A stretch of 64,000 bases of DNA. Source: Hydrolagus colliei (taxonomy: Eukaryota). A model generated the notes under the pieces. That model had not been told where the DNA came from. It was given only the letters and a program-made list of their open reading frames with translations, and did not search any database. The stretch lies in assembly GCA_035084275.1 (NCBI GenBank), contig CM068744.1, positions 62,248,001 through 62,312,000 on the forward strand, read 5' to 3'. The translations under genes and the position numbers were made by a program. Position 1 is the stretch's first letter; the number at the start of each line of letters is the position of its first letter. Positions 50,851-64,000 of the stretch are shown one piece after another.

Positions 50851-53119
50851 ATGTCTGAGCTGCTTTTGGTTTCTCTTGCTGGAAGGATGAGCCTCCTTCC
50901 ATATTTATCATAAACTGCATCTCTTCTCATGTAGGCCTGGAGCTCGTATCAGCAATATTGAAAGGAGCTGGCACAATTGAGAGATTTAACTGTTCAAATA
51001 TTTACTTGACCATCATTAATGTATTTTTGCTTTGGCGCCATTCAGTATTCCTAGTATTTTAATTAAAATAAATATGAGAACAAGAAAACTTTACTTTTGG
51101 GATGTATTTTCCCAATGGATCATGAAAAGGACTCTCTGTCCGTTAACATTTTGGTGGGTAAAATGTTGTATGTGGTGGTCACCAGTGATAATTAGTCATA
51201 ATCCCTCCCTTCCCTCCTTCCTTTCTCTCTCTTGCTCACAAAGGAGATTTTCACTCACTGAACTTGAAATGTTGCTGACATGTTTTCTTGTTTGTTATTC
51301 CTAGCTGTCAGAGCAGCACTTCAACTTCACTACATATGGGGCCAAAAAACTTGTTAGCAACACTAGATCTCCAGTAGGTCAAAGCAAAACTGTTCTCCCA
51401 AAGTCTGGATGTGGGAGAAAGGGTTATTTCCCAATCCAGTCTTTAGGACAAGTTTTATTTATATGTTGTACGTATTGTTTCCCCCTCTCCCCAACAAATT
51501 AAACGCTGTCTAATCTTGAGTACTAACTTAAGTTAGTTACAATCTTAAGAAGCTCCTAGGGAACCATTCTTACATGATTTTTGGTCAGTGGGTGTCAGAA
51601 ACCCATCCCTTGCTTAGGAGTATCCAAACCAAATAGAGTTCCATGCATCCCAGCTATACATGAAAAATTCCCTGTATCTGGCATGGAATGTGCAGTCTCT
51701 CCCTGAATGGAATCACCCCATTTATTTAATATTAGAAAGAATTGGAGTATGTTAGCAAGAGCCAAAGCTTGAAAATCATTCACGTTGCATTGGGGTACTC
51801 CTGGAGTTAGCTGCCGAAAACTTCACATCTTGCCATTTATTTATTGCATGACATTTGGAAATGAAAACCTTTCTTTTAAGCAACTATCCAGAGTAGGAAG
51901 CAATCCCAATAATGCAAATTTTGAACTGAGAATATGGGAATATCACATATAAGGAAAACGATGATTTGAGGTTACATTTGAGCTGAAATGTACAATTTCT
52001 TTTTTAGCAGGATAGAATTTCTTTACCAATCAGTCCGGAAATGATTACTGCGCTTTCATACGATTTTTGTAATTATGATTAAGGTAATAAATAACAGCGA
52101 GGAAGGGCAGGGAACACATGGGATGAAAATAAACCATCTATCATCATGTCAGTGCTCACCGCTGGTGTTAGTGATTTAGTCACAATTAAATGCCAAACCT
52201 ATTGATGGGAAACACAGCTTTCTGCCTGACTGCAGTAAAGTAACCAGTCTGCTTGGAACTTAGATTTTTCTTTCTCTCTTCTCTGCTGATGCTGTTTAAT
52301 ATATCTATTTTCCCTTGGAGTACAGTTCCATAGGCTCCATCAAGTGGCTCATGCAATAGGTCATTATTTCTGCCTCAACTGAATGTTGGTGGGCTGTTGC
52401 AGGTGGAATGGGGGGCTACTGTGGCCGAGCCTGATCCTCCCCTCAAATGACTAGACATGTACTTGTATACCATCCAGAGAACTGAAAGTCTAATTGGATT
52501 TTATGTAGCAACATTGTGTATCAAATGAGATTTCCCAAACATCATCAAAATCACTATGTGGAATTTCAACCAGAATTTGGGTGTACATTAATGGAAACGC
52601 TGACTAATTTCTCCTTACTAACCCGGGAGAGGTGAGGCTGATTGTAGTTCCTATACCAACACAATCTTTCAGTAACTTATTGTTAGTGTGTTTTCTGTTG
52701 TAAAAATACTGGCTAAAGAGAATCCGCCTCTCACAGACCAAGCTACCTATAGCATCATAGACTACATTTTGTAGCTGGTGTTTTCCCTCTCAGTTCAGAA
52801 ATGTGCCTGATATATTATTTCAATTGGTAATTGTAAAGAGTGTAATGCACAGTTATTGGAATATATACTTTCTCCTTTGTATGCATTTACCCTGGTGCTC
52901 ACTCCTCCAATGCCGTTCTGCCTATCTTATTTACACTGCAGACATGAAGAGTCACATTTTTCATGCCAGTCTGGGACTGAAGTGTATGATTCAGTAGTGT
53001 TTAGACTATTAACTCAGCATTATAAATACCAGATTCATTCTGGCATGAACTTAGCAGTGTAAATGTGCCATTTGTTAAATAAAATATGATAAGCTGCTGA
53101 GTGAATGGACCTAAGCATA

Positions 53120-53420
53120 ATAATAATAGTTCTTGCATTTGATATAGTGCCTTATCATATCTTGAAGGTCTCAAAGTGCTTCACAGAATATACTGTAAAG
53201 TGAATTGACTGCATATTTTGTGTGTGAAACGCAGTAGCCAATTGTGCACAGCAGTGACCCACAAACAGTTGTGGATTGAGTGACCAAATTGTATTATTTT
53301 TATATTTTTTAAGGGATTATTACTTCTAGATCAGTGATCAGCCAATCAACTAACAACCAAATTCCTACTTGCTGCAAGGTTAACAGAGGCTTGCAGAGCA
53401 AGGAAATGTAAACTAAGGTT
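53120..53420 (-). mobile_element. Deu-SINE, long subfamily
   Basis: Similarity to sibling copies. Confidence 0.88.
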
Positions 53421-53819
53421 GTATAAAGTGTGTGGAATGAATGAATGTTTTGCACCATCCCAATTAAGATGCAATTTTATCTGGTTTTATCTTTTATTTA
53501 CACAATCATAAAATAATAAGATAATAATCCTTGCATTTGACATAGCCTGTTGTCAAAATGTCTCAAAGTGACTATTTCTGAGGGAATCCAGCAGACAATT
53601 TGTGCACTTCAATCATGAATGGCCAATTTATCTGAAGGAATGTTGATCAGGCCACCAAGAGAAACTCACTTATGTTATAGCACAGAAACAAACCATTAAG
53701 GTCATAAAATTTAATGTATAAAATAATCTAATCTCCTTCTCATTCTCTTTTCCAATATTCTTTATTATTCCTCTTCAAGAATTTATCCAATTCCCCTTGA
53801 ACAAAGCAGTAATCTAAAT

Positions 53820-54130
53820 AATAATCATGTTTGCATTTCTTATAGCATCTCTTCACTTTGAAATACCTTAAAGTACCTCATAGCAATTTTTGTTTAGCAT
53901 AGCATCTGTGCACTTGTAGGCGAACACAGCTGTTTAACTTCCACCTAAACTGGGAGATGAATCCTCAGTTGAACAACTGAACTGATGGCCCTCAATTGTG
54001 AAAATGTAGTGCTCTTCCAACACTTCACGGAATTTTCAGCCTGGTCCATGAGCTCAAAGTAGGAACTTGAACCCACAAGCTTATGACCTAAGAGAATGAG
54101 AGTGCTACTTAATAGTCAGCCTAACACTGC
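53820..54130 (-). mobile_element. Old SacSINE1-like Deu-SINE
   Basis: CTTGAACCCACAAGCTT...GAGAGTGCTAC is the reverse complement of the head. Confidence 0.65.
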
Positions 54131-54997
54131 ACAAATCTGTGGCCTTAACTATAGTCTAAGAGAATCCTTTTATCTCGTAAATAAACACACTGAGCACAGA
54201 GCATTCGTAAACATAGTGCCCTTGTTTACCCATATTGGAATACGTATACTACACAAAGCAATACAAAAAAAAGGGCTGGCCAACTGTCTATTAAATGAGG
54301 TAAATAATATCGAAGGAATGAAGCTTTATGAAAGATGTATGAGACTCTTAATCACAATTCATGAAAATGCCGGCCTTGTCTTCCAGATGTCAAAAGGAGC
54401 TTCACATAGCAGCATTGTGCTCTGATTGGGTCAAAATTTCGCAAGGGGGCAGACAGACGATGACTCTTTTCAGTAGATGATTTGAAAATGTGCCCCTTTA
54501 TTTCACATGTAATTTGTGTGTTGGGGGGTGGGCTGGTGTGCATTTCCAAATTAATTGCACAAATATAGTAGTTAGTTACCTGCACAATAGCTGGCTATCA
54601 TTTTATTTAGAACTAATTCAGTAGGGAGTGAGGTGGGACACATTCCAACCATATGGCTGAACATCTATGCAGTGCTGTGTGGCACTTTATGTTTCAACAG
54701 ATTCAAATCATAATTTTTATGACTGCCATCTATTCATTTGAGTCATGCACACCAAACGATGCCATTTGGACTTGATCCCATTCGAGTTTCTGTCTGTGGA
54801 GATCCTAGAGCAGATTTTAAGAGAATTTAATGATGCTTTTATGCTACTGAACCACTTTAGGTGCAGCTCTCCAATACTACCTCAGCATCCGGGATCCTGC
54901 CTCGTTTATCTTGTGAAGTGGAATCTACATAAATTGAAAACCCGTCCCCAAAAAGCAAATAAGTAGCGATGTTTTGTTGACTAGTTTTACATCATTA

Positions 54998-55302
54998 ATG
55001 TCCTGTAGCTCAGTCACCAGAATACTTGCCTTGTTAGCCAGAGACCTGGGTTTGATTCCTGGCAGGGCTAAATTATCGGCAAGTTTCATTACTCCACATG
55101 TCTGATAATTATCCTTCAAGAAAAAAATTATAAAATTGGTCCCTTCAAAGCATAACTGTTTGTGAGACACTGCTGTGTGCAATTGGCTCACACAGTTTCG
55201 CCCACAAATATACAGACAATGCACTTTACAGTATATTCTGAGGAGCTTTGAGATGTCTAGAAGACATAAAAAGCGCTATATCAAATGCAAGGATTATTAC
55301 TA
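54998..55302 (+). mobile_element. Full-length Deu-SINE, short subfamily
   Basis: TCCTGTAGCTCAG...GGTTTGATTCC head and tail. Confidence 0.9.
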
Positions 55303-55799
55303 TCAAAACCCTTTAAGCCATTTTTCAAAAGAGCTTGGAATATTTCTGGTATTTGTACATTTCTGGTATTTAAAGCTAGAGGCTTAACCTGCAATGGGAC
55401 TTTGCTATTATGAGATATGAAAATGATCCAAGTGCTTTGAGAGAATGCAGGTTAGGCTTATGCTATGTAAGACATCCATCTAAACAATTCTCCTTCATGG
55501 TTCCAAGCTCCTGTGCATGCAGTGGAGAAGTTTGCTTCGGCCTATTTATGAAGTTAAGAACAAAGCAGTGAGGAGGATTTGTGGTAAAAAGGGGAAACAC
55601 TGCAGGAATGTATGTATGTGTGTGTGTGTGGTGGGGGGCTGGAGGGCGGGAGGTGGTTCCACTTGAGAACATTTTCTAAAACTCTTAGCCTGAAGACCAT
55701 TGTCTTAAGAATTAAGATTGTGTGACATTCTGGAAGATTCTTGAATAATGGTTTTAATTTGAAAGCTATTATTCCACAGTACTTAAAATAACTAGTTTT

Positions 55800-56340
55800 A
55801 AAACAACAACAAGGAATGGAGGGACAGATGTGACAAAAGTTGACTTGCAACAATGCTTTCCAGGACTTCGGCAAGGAAGGGCAGGTTGGAAATGGGACAG
55901 TTGTATGAGAGGTTAGAGTGATCTAGGATGAGATTTTGAGGAGGGGTGTGATAACAGCTGTTTTTAGGGGGAAGGGAACAGAGCCTAAGGAGAGAGACTG
56001 ATTGACAGTGTTGGCCAGCACGAGAAGAGGAGGGTGGGTTGAGTGATCAGCAACTGGGTGAGGAGGGGGTCGAGGCAGCAAATGGTGAACTTCATGTGGA
56101 TGATTGTAGTTGAGACAGAGGAGGGAGAAATGGGGGCCAAGGAGTGTAAGAAGCGGAGAGTGGCAGGAGCTGTGGTAGAGGAAGAAGATGCTGGGTGGGG
56201 TGGAAGGGCTTATGTGGAGAGGAGGATACAGCCAACCATATGTTTTCAATCAATCTTTGAGGCGAAGAAGTAGAGGACCTCTTTGCATTTGGCGTTTGAT
56301 GTGAGAATAGAGGAAGCTTGTGTGGGTGCACAGAAGAGAT
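55800..56340 (-). mobile_element. L2 ORF2 internal fragment (start of RT)
   Basis: LANTVNQSLSLGSVPFPLKTAVITPLLK. Confidence 0.85.
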
Positions 56341-56348
56341 GATGGACA

Positions 56349-58570
56349 GTGGAAAACAATGTCAATTCCTCTCCTCCCTCATCCATACCCCCACCCTCTG
56401 TGCCAACCAATCCACTATCCCTTCCCATCCCACACATCCCTCTTCCAACTGTTCACTCTGCATCGGCCTTCAAAATGTCCGCTCCCATACTGGCGATCAA
56501 TGATCTCATCGACGATGACAACGTTGATATTATGGCGCTCACTGAAATCTGGATCACCCCAGGTGACACCTTCCCTCTCATGGAGGCCACACCACCCATG
56601 GCAGTGGTGGTGTGGCCTCCATGGGCATCACTTGCCCTATCCCCCTACTCCTCTGGTTCCTACCCCTCATTTGACCACCTCACCCTCTGCCACCACTCCT
56701 ATCTTTCACTCAAGATTCTTCTCATTACCTGCCACCCAAAATCCTCTCCCAACTCTGACACCTCCACCCTCCTAGCTTCCCTCTACCTCTGCTCCGATCG
56801 CCTCATCATCCTCCGTGACTTCAACAGCCATTTCATGCTCCACGTCCTCGGACATCTCCTCTCTCCTCTCCATTTCAACCTCTCCCTCCACAACCATTCC
56901 GCCACCCATATTCTCGGCCACCCTGGTGATCACCCGAGGCCTCAGTGTCTCAGATGTCAACATCACCGACAAGGCCATCTCCGACCACCATTTCATCTCC
57001 TTCAACTCCTCTACCTCTCTCCCCATTGCCTCCACACCTACCATGGTTTATCATCCTTGGAAAAAGATCTCTCCACAATTCCTCTTCACTGCCACGAAGT
57101 CCACTGAACTCCTCCCCCTCTGGCTCACCTCCCACACTGACACATCATCCTTTGCACTTATACTCCTCTACAACACCATCTCCACTGCACTTGACGCCTT
57201 TGCCCACCTCACCTCCCAAACAGCCTCCTACTTTGAACCTCACCCTGGTTCACCAGACACCTTTGCTCACTTAAGGGCCAGCGGAAGGCCACTGAATGCA
57301 CGTGGCTCAAATCCAGCCTAATGGTCTACCGGCATATCTGGTTGGACCGCATCAAAACGTACAGCTCCACTCTGGCCTCTGCCAAATCGTCTATATACTC
57401 CAGGATAATCCTGGTGACGATGGGCAAACTTAGACTGCTGTTCTCCACCAAAAACCGGCTCCTCCACCCTCCCCACCACGTCTTCCAGACTCTATCCTCT
57501 AACTCCCACTGCGAGGAGATGCTGGATTTTCTCATCCAAAATCAAGGGAATTTGCTTAGCTGTCACTGCCCTTTCAACTTCCACTCCCTCCCCACCTCCC
57601 CCGGAACACCTACCAACACCTACCCATCCAACACCTCCAACACCTACCCATCCCTCCTTCCACACCTTCAGACCAGTCATCCCCCCTCCTCTGTCATCAC
57701 CATCATATCTGCTATGAAGCCCACCAACTACTCCCTGGATCACATCCTCGCCCCTCTCCTTACCTCCCAGCTCCACCTCATTACCCCACTACTCGCTGAA
57801 ACTATCAATCTGTTTCTCTCATCTGGCACCGATCCCACACCCCTCAAAACAGCCACTATCACCCCCATTCTGTAAAACCCTTCCCTTGATGCATCACAGC
57901 TTTCTTGCTATCGGCTTATATCCAACCTCACTTTTCTGTCCTTGAAAGAGTCACTGCCTCCCAGCTTCGCTCTTTTCTCTCATCCCACTCCCACCATGAG
58001 CCCCTCCATTCAGGCTTTACGTGCTGTCCACAGCGTGGAAACTGCTCTGGTTAAGCTCACAAATGTTATCCTGACCATTTGTGACCCTCTGCCTCCTTGT
58101 CCCTATCTGCCGCCTTCAATACAGTGGACCATTCGATCCTCCTCTACTGCCTCTTCTCACACCTCAACCTTTATGGTTCTGTCCTTCACTGATTCTGGCC
58201 TTATCTTTCACATCGTCTCCACTTTGTGTCTGCCAACGGCTTTTCCCCCAGTCCCCGGACCGTCTCATGCGGCATTCCTCTGGGCTTTTGGTCCCCTCCA
58301 CTTCACCCTCTACATGCTCTTCTTCTGTGATACCATCCACAGACATGGGGGTAAATTTCCACATGTATGCAGATGACACCCAACTGTATCTCTCTGCTTC
58401 CACCCTCAACTCCACGACTACCGGCGTCCCGACAGCCTGCTTGTCTGACATCGATCAGACAAGCAACTGAGGGGCAACTTTCTTCAGCTGAACATCAGCA
58501 AGACTGAAGCCCTTCCGATTGACTCACATTAGCACCTCCACAACTCAGGTGCTGGCAGCATCAGCATCCA
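56349..58570 (+). mobile_element. Long degraded L2 ORF2 (APE endonuclease plus RT), 3'-truncated pseudogene
   Basis: DIMALTEIW, LIILRDFNSH and ISDHHFISF (APE); INLFLSSGTDPTPLKTATITPIL, HSVETALVKLTN and FHMYADDTQLYLS (RT). Multiple frameshifts and stops. Confidence 0.95.
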
Positions 58571-59499
58571 CAACTGGTTGATGGGGAAGAAATATTAAAA
58601 TATATTGGGTTAACGAGGAATGTTGAATTGGATTGGCTTTTGTGAAGAAAAACATCACCATAGAGAAGAGTTGGAATGATACGTTATGATTCTATGCCGT
58701 GTTGAAGTGTCCTTCTTAAAATTATGAACTACCTGTGGATCGATTTTCTAAAAATGGCAAATTGCCTTGTATTTAATTCAATTGTTGTCTTTTCATTGTA
58801 TCCATTTGCTGCAATAAGTCTCAAAAATGTTTGATGTCTAACTGTGCAATACATGGACTCACTAATCCAAACTGTTCAGGCAGATGCTGATTTTAAGTGT
58901 TTTCATTTTTTGAGTCAACCCAGTTTTACCTCTATTGATGGGTATTATTCATTCCCTGAACCTAATGTGCGAGAGAGATAGGGAGAGATGGAGAGAGAGA
59001 GGGGGGGGTAGAGAGGGGAAAGAAAGAGAATAAAGAAAGAGGATAGAGGTGTGAGTGAAAGAGGATAGAGGTGTGAGCTTTCGTCAAAGGATTCCCATGT
59101 TTTCAAACTGAGATTGTGAACTATCTCTGTGGAATGATGCCACCTCTGCCCCTCGATGCCAGGTCCCAAAATGCAGCATTACCAGGTCACCATTTATTGG
59201 AGAAATAAATGTCTTGTGTCCTGTTTTACCACCAAGCTCCAAGTGCTTTATTTTTATAGCATAAAACTGGGCACTCACTTTCAGAGCAGCACCTGACCGA
59301 TAAGATTGAGAGGAGCGAACATGATTGCACTGGTAAACGTTTATGACTGTAATGGTGTGTGCTTGTGATTCTACCATTTGGATATATAACAGGTGAGAGT
59401 TGTAAAGAGCTGTAATACCAATACACTGTGAAACAAGTGAGAGACACCTATGCCACCTGCACAAAATGTTACATATTGTGCACTACTGTAATAACTTGT

Positions 59500-60800
59500 C
59501 AGCTAGCAGATGACACGAAACTAGGAGAAAGCGTTAATACCAAGGATGACATTAAAAAAATGCAGTGCGATATAAATAGATTAGGTGAGTCGGCAGGTAG
59601 GTGGCAGATGAAGTATAATGTAGGGACATGCAAAGTCATCCACCTAGGTGGCAAAAACAGCAGAGCTGGTTATTTTTTAGAGGGGGAGAGATTGGAAAGT
59701 GTTAGCATGCAGAGGGACTTGGGTGTCCTTGTACACCAAACACAGAAAATTTGTATGCAGGTGCAGCAGGCAATTAGGAAGGCTGACGGTATGTTAGCTT
59801 TCATTATGAAAGGGTTATTCCCTACAGTATAAAAGTAGGGAAGTCTTCCTGCAGCTATATAGGGCACTGGTGAGAACGCACCTAGAATACTGTGTGCAGT
59901 TTTAGTCTCCTTATTTAAGAAAAGATGCACAGTAGAAGCCCGTTTATCCGGCACGCTCAGTGGGGGTTGACCAATTGACTGTGCCAGATAATCGGGCGGC
60001 AAGTTGCCAACACAACAAATGGACTTATTTTAAAACATACTATCTTAATAATATACTAAATAGTAACAGAATATTGTATAGCTACTTACCAATAAAGATT
60101 TCAGCACATTTGGTAAAAAAAATCAGTAAAAAAGCATTATTTACCGATCGATAAAAACCTCCAAGTTCGTAAGTTTAATAAGTGCACATGCGCAAATTGA
60201 ATATACTCGCGATTGCTGGAATGGGGAATTGCCCCGGAAGGGGGTCGAGCAATCTGGTTAATCGGGTCACAGATAAACGGGCTTCTATTGTACTTGCCTT
60301 GGAGGGAATGCAGCATAGGTTTACTAGGTTAGTACCTGGAATGAGGGGGATGAGTTATGACGATCGGTTGATTAATTTGAGCCCATATTCTCTGAAATAT
60401 AGAAGAATTAGAGGAGATCTTATAGAAACCTATAAGATTATTAAGGGGCAAGACAAAGTAGATAGTGGGAGATTGTTTCTTCTGGTTGGAGAAACTAAAA
60501 CCAGGGGTCACAGTCTTAAAGTTAGGGGTCAGCCCTTTCACACTGAGTTGAGAAAAAACTTCTTCACTCAGAGGGTAGTGAATGTATGGAATTCTTTACC
60601 CCAAAGGGTTGTTGATGCTCAGCCTTGAACATATTCAAGACTAAGTTAGATAGATTTCTCATTTATATAGGGATTAAGGAGTATGGGGATAAGGCAGGTA
60701 GCTGGAGTTAGTGTAGTATATCAGCCATGATTGAATGGCGGGGCAGACTCGATGGGCCGAATGGCCTACTCCTGCTCCTATTTCTTATGTTCTTATGTTC
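59500..60800 (+). mobile_element. CR1 LINE 3' part (about 0.95 kb) interrupted by a MITE
   Basis: ADDTKLG...WQMKYNVGTCKVIHLG...RDLGVLV; RRIRGDLIETYKI...FFTQRVVNVWNSLP; (TTCTTATG)2 tail. Confidence 0.96.
59930..60290. mobile_element. Tigger/pogo-like MITE (family B) nested in CR1
   Basis: TIRs CAGTAGAAGCCCGTTTATC and GATAAACGGGCTTCTATTG. Removing the insert restores the CR1 frame. Confidence 0.93.
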
Positions 60801-61074
60801 TACTTGTGTCATGTGCAAGTTTTCCTTTACAGCAGGTGGCAGGAAATGGTTAATGATGTGTGGCATGTGTGCTCCAGCGTCTGGCTGACTGAATAGAGAT
60901 AGTAAGCGATTCTAAGGGTTTTATTAATGAGACGGATAACAGCTGCCATAATGAAAGCAAGAATTTTGTAGTACTGTATTCAGTTGGAAAATTTTCTGAA
61001 GTTACTTTTATAATAAATTATTATAATTTTTGATATAATTCCTAATTTGATATAACTCCTCAAATATTTGATAT

Positions 61075-61305
61075 GGTGCCTTATCCTGTAGCATAATGGT
61101 TAGTGCACTTGCCTTGCAGGCAAGAGAATCCAGGTTTGATTCCTGGGCTGGGAGAAACCGTTGGCGAGTTTATTTATTCCACACACATATGTTTACTTAT
61201 AATATGTAGGAAACCGGTTGTTAGTCAATTGGCGGATCGCTTTTCGGGGATAATAACTCCTCCAAAAACAAAATAATAACTATTTGGTCACTCACTCCAC
61301 AATTG
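61075..61305 (+). mobile_element. Deu-SINE, long subfamily, 5' portion
   Basis: tRNA head TCCTGTAGCATAATGGTTAG...GGTTTGATTCC. Confidence 0.8.
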
Positions 61306-62664
61306 TTACAATGCCTTTCATGTTGGGAGGACACCCAAGCAACCACATGATGCTGAGATCTCTGGTGCATCAGTCTTGTTTATGCTATGAACGTGAATCC
61401 ACATTATCAGTGGCTAACAGTTGCATGGCCAATAGCTAGTGTCCACACTGCTGTGTATAAATTGGTGGCTGGCCACTTTCATCTCCAGGTGAGCAATCCC
61501 TTCTGACTCCTGGTGCCAGCAATATACTACTGGAACCGTGTGCAACAGTGAGTATTTGGATTTTTGTCATCAGCATTGCAGTCTCCAGGAAAGTCCTGAA
61601 AGCACCTTTAGGTTCAAGTCTCTCAATACTGCTCCCTTCACATTACAGTCAGAGCTGCTGTGATGTGAGGGTAGCATGGGACTTGTTGAGCAGTTTCTAT
61701 GTTCATCATGTGAACCCCGAGACTCAAATACTGTCTTACCTTAGCTCACAGGTTATCTGCTATAAGGTACCAGATGAGCAAATGGCACATATGAAAAAAA
61801 AATCAGTCTTCTTACCAGTGCAGAAGTATCTTTCCATGGTGAGGTGAGGTTGTTTGAAAAGAAACAAGGCAACCTATTACAAAAACTTCCAACTTTCCAG
61901 TGTTTTGAATGTATAATATGCAAACAGTGATATTAGCAGTTTCTAATTATCAGCAGCACCAGTTCCGTCTCTGGAGTGTACGGCATTGGAAATGAACACC
62001 CAGCTGGTTCTGTAATTACCTTGTAGCATGCAATAGTTTATACCTGCCACTTGGTGGTGGGGCTATGCATTAAGCAATTGTGCTGAAACCCAAGCAATCT
62101 CTGGCCATGTGCATCAAAGATAATGGGTTGAAAACAAGTCCATTAAATCCTTTCACTTCACAGGGGACAGATGTATGTGGAAAGACAGTATTCTTAGCCT
62201 TACATGCTTCACTGACCAAAGGCCCTAATTGCTTTATTCTGGGACCTTTCAATATTATATATATCTATCTAATGTATCCACTGAAATGCCTCACAAAATT
62301 TTGTTATCGGTGTAGAAGTGTGTTATGCTTCTTGTTTCCAAAGCACAAAATGCAATCATAGCAAAATGAATGTCTCAAAGCACTGCAATTCACACTGTAC
62401 AAAGAAAAAAATTAGAGCGTTAACATTTAAAGAAAACTTATATCTTCTTGCATTCTAGAAATAATTAATTGGTTTCTTTATCCTCAATGATGAGAACATT
62501 TCAACAGTCAGACCCAGAATGATCAATGCCTTTCAGCACTGCTTCGATTTAACGGAATCTACGAGAGCTTGGGCCTGTCATTTATGTTGAATTTCAACAA
62601 AGGAATGAAGAACATTCTCCTGAAATAGATCTTCAGCATTATAAGTCCGCCATTCTTTCAATAA

Positions 62665-62790
62665 TGTCTCGCCCACCAAATATACAACCAATTCACTTTT
62701 CAGTATATTCTGTGAAATGCTTTGAGACATTTCAACCATGTGATAAGATACTATCTCAAGTGCAAGTTTTATTATTAGTAGTATTATTAA
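62665..62790 (+). mobile_element. Deu-SINE tail
   Basis: Similarity to sibling copies. Confidence 0.8.
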
Positions 62791-62982
62791 CATATCTCCC
62801 ATCAACTTTTGGATTTAGATCGCTTTCTAAAAGAAGATTGGGGCACTGTAATCACTGGGTAATCAGATACGGATTTATGAGTTCCTCCTGACATGAAAGG
62901 CGCTCTATGAATGTAATTGTGTTGTTGTTGTTCACTGTAATTGTATGTACTGAGCACATTGATGATCAGTGCTATATGCTCA

Positions 62983-63710
62983 ACAACAAATTCCACTTAT
63001 ATAGCGCCCTCCATGCTAATAGCATCTCAGAGTGCTTAATGGTGATGGAGCCTGACTCCAGGCGGGGGGAGAGGGTGGGGTTGGGAGGAGGTAGTCATAA
63101 GATGGTCGAAGAGGAAGGTTTTCAGGCGGGATTTGAAAACGGGGTGAGAGAGGGCAGGGTGGGGTGATTGAGGGAGAGTGTTCCAGAGTTTGGGAGAGTA
63201 GTGCCTGAAAGCGCGATCTCAGATGGTGGGATGGAAGGTGCGAGGGACGAGCCAGTCGAGTGAGGGTGCCAGGTATTGGATTGGGGAGTGGGAAGGTCAT
63301 ACATTTAGGGAGGTGTCAGGGAGTGACTGGGTTTGAGCACGAGTGTGAGGTTCTTGAAGTCGATCCATTTAGTGATGGAGAGCCAGAACCGGTGAGATGT
63401 GGGTACAGAGTTTGGTCCAGGTCAGTACGCAGTCAACTGAGTTCTGAATCAGGTGGATAATTTTTATGGTGGAGTTGGGGAGACCGGCAAGGAGTGCATT
63501 GCAGTAATCCAAGTGGGAGGTGATAAATACATGCACAAGGGTTTAGGCTGTGTTTGGGATAAGGTATGGTTGGAGGCAGGTAATGTGGCATAGGTGGAAG
63601 AAGGCCGTCCTGATCAGGGACCGGATATGGGGGAGGAAGGACAGCTGGTGGTCGAACTGAATGCCTATGTTGCACACTGGTTCGTTGAATCTGAGGGAGA
63701 GCTCAGGGCA
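62983..63710 (-). mobile_element. Degraded L2 3' portion
   Basis: Reverse-complement tail at 62983. CACTTGGATTACTGCAATGCACTCCTTGCCGGTCTCCCC translates as the L2 motif LDYCNALLAGLP. Confidence 0.88.
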
Positions 63711-63944
63711 TCAAATGCTGATTGGGTTGTTGCTAGTACTGATAACCCAGCCCACTTATTACAGTGAAAGACTTATAGAGGTCTAAACCTTAGAATATTC
63801 TTGCATCCTGTAAAATTGTACGGATGCATCACTTAATAATCTGATTTTTTTAAATGTTTTTCTTTGTTTTATTTTTACCAATTTCCTTCTACTGCCAAGG
63901 TAAAAGAGACCATAAAAGGAGTGAACAACCACATTCTAATCCAT

Positions 63945-64000
63945 CCGTTTCGCCCACAAATATACAGTCAATTCACTTTACAGTACATTCTGTGAAGCGC
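63945..64000 (+). mobile_element. Deu-SINE tail running off the window
   Basis: TTTCGCCCACAAATATACAGTCAATTCACTTTACAG. Confidence 0.8.

Noticed and set aside
54745-54966. 73-aa ORF or possible exon
   Set aside because: No recognisable homology, and the minus-strand exon reading has stops in all three frames.
56349-58470. Functional reverse transcriptase or a retron-like system
   Set aside because: Multiple frameshifts and stops mark it as an ordinary decayed L2 ORF2.

Overview
Vertebrate nuclear DNA, not prokaryotic. It is AT-rich and dominated by repeats, and looks intronic or intergenic. The repeat content (CR1 and L2 LINE relics, many tRNA-headed Deu-domain SINEs, Tigger/pogo-like and hAT non-autonomous DNA transposons, a Penelope-like fragment) points to a cartilaginous fish, plausibly a chimaera; that assignment is inference. 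There is no intact protein-coding gene. Every ORF in the track with recognisable homology is a broken LINE ORF2 piece. Non-repeat signals are one candidate coding exon (+, 1940-2042), a TE-poor promoter/first-exon-like block on the minus strand (about 25.1-26.9 kb) that holds a crossed, pseudoknot-like pair of inverted repeats, several TE-free CNE-like blocks, and an exact 104-bp tandem duplication of a hairpin-rich unit. I found no convincing new multi-gene system. Family names are recognised from memory, not from database searches, and most repeat boundaries are approximate.
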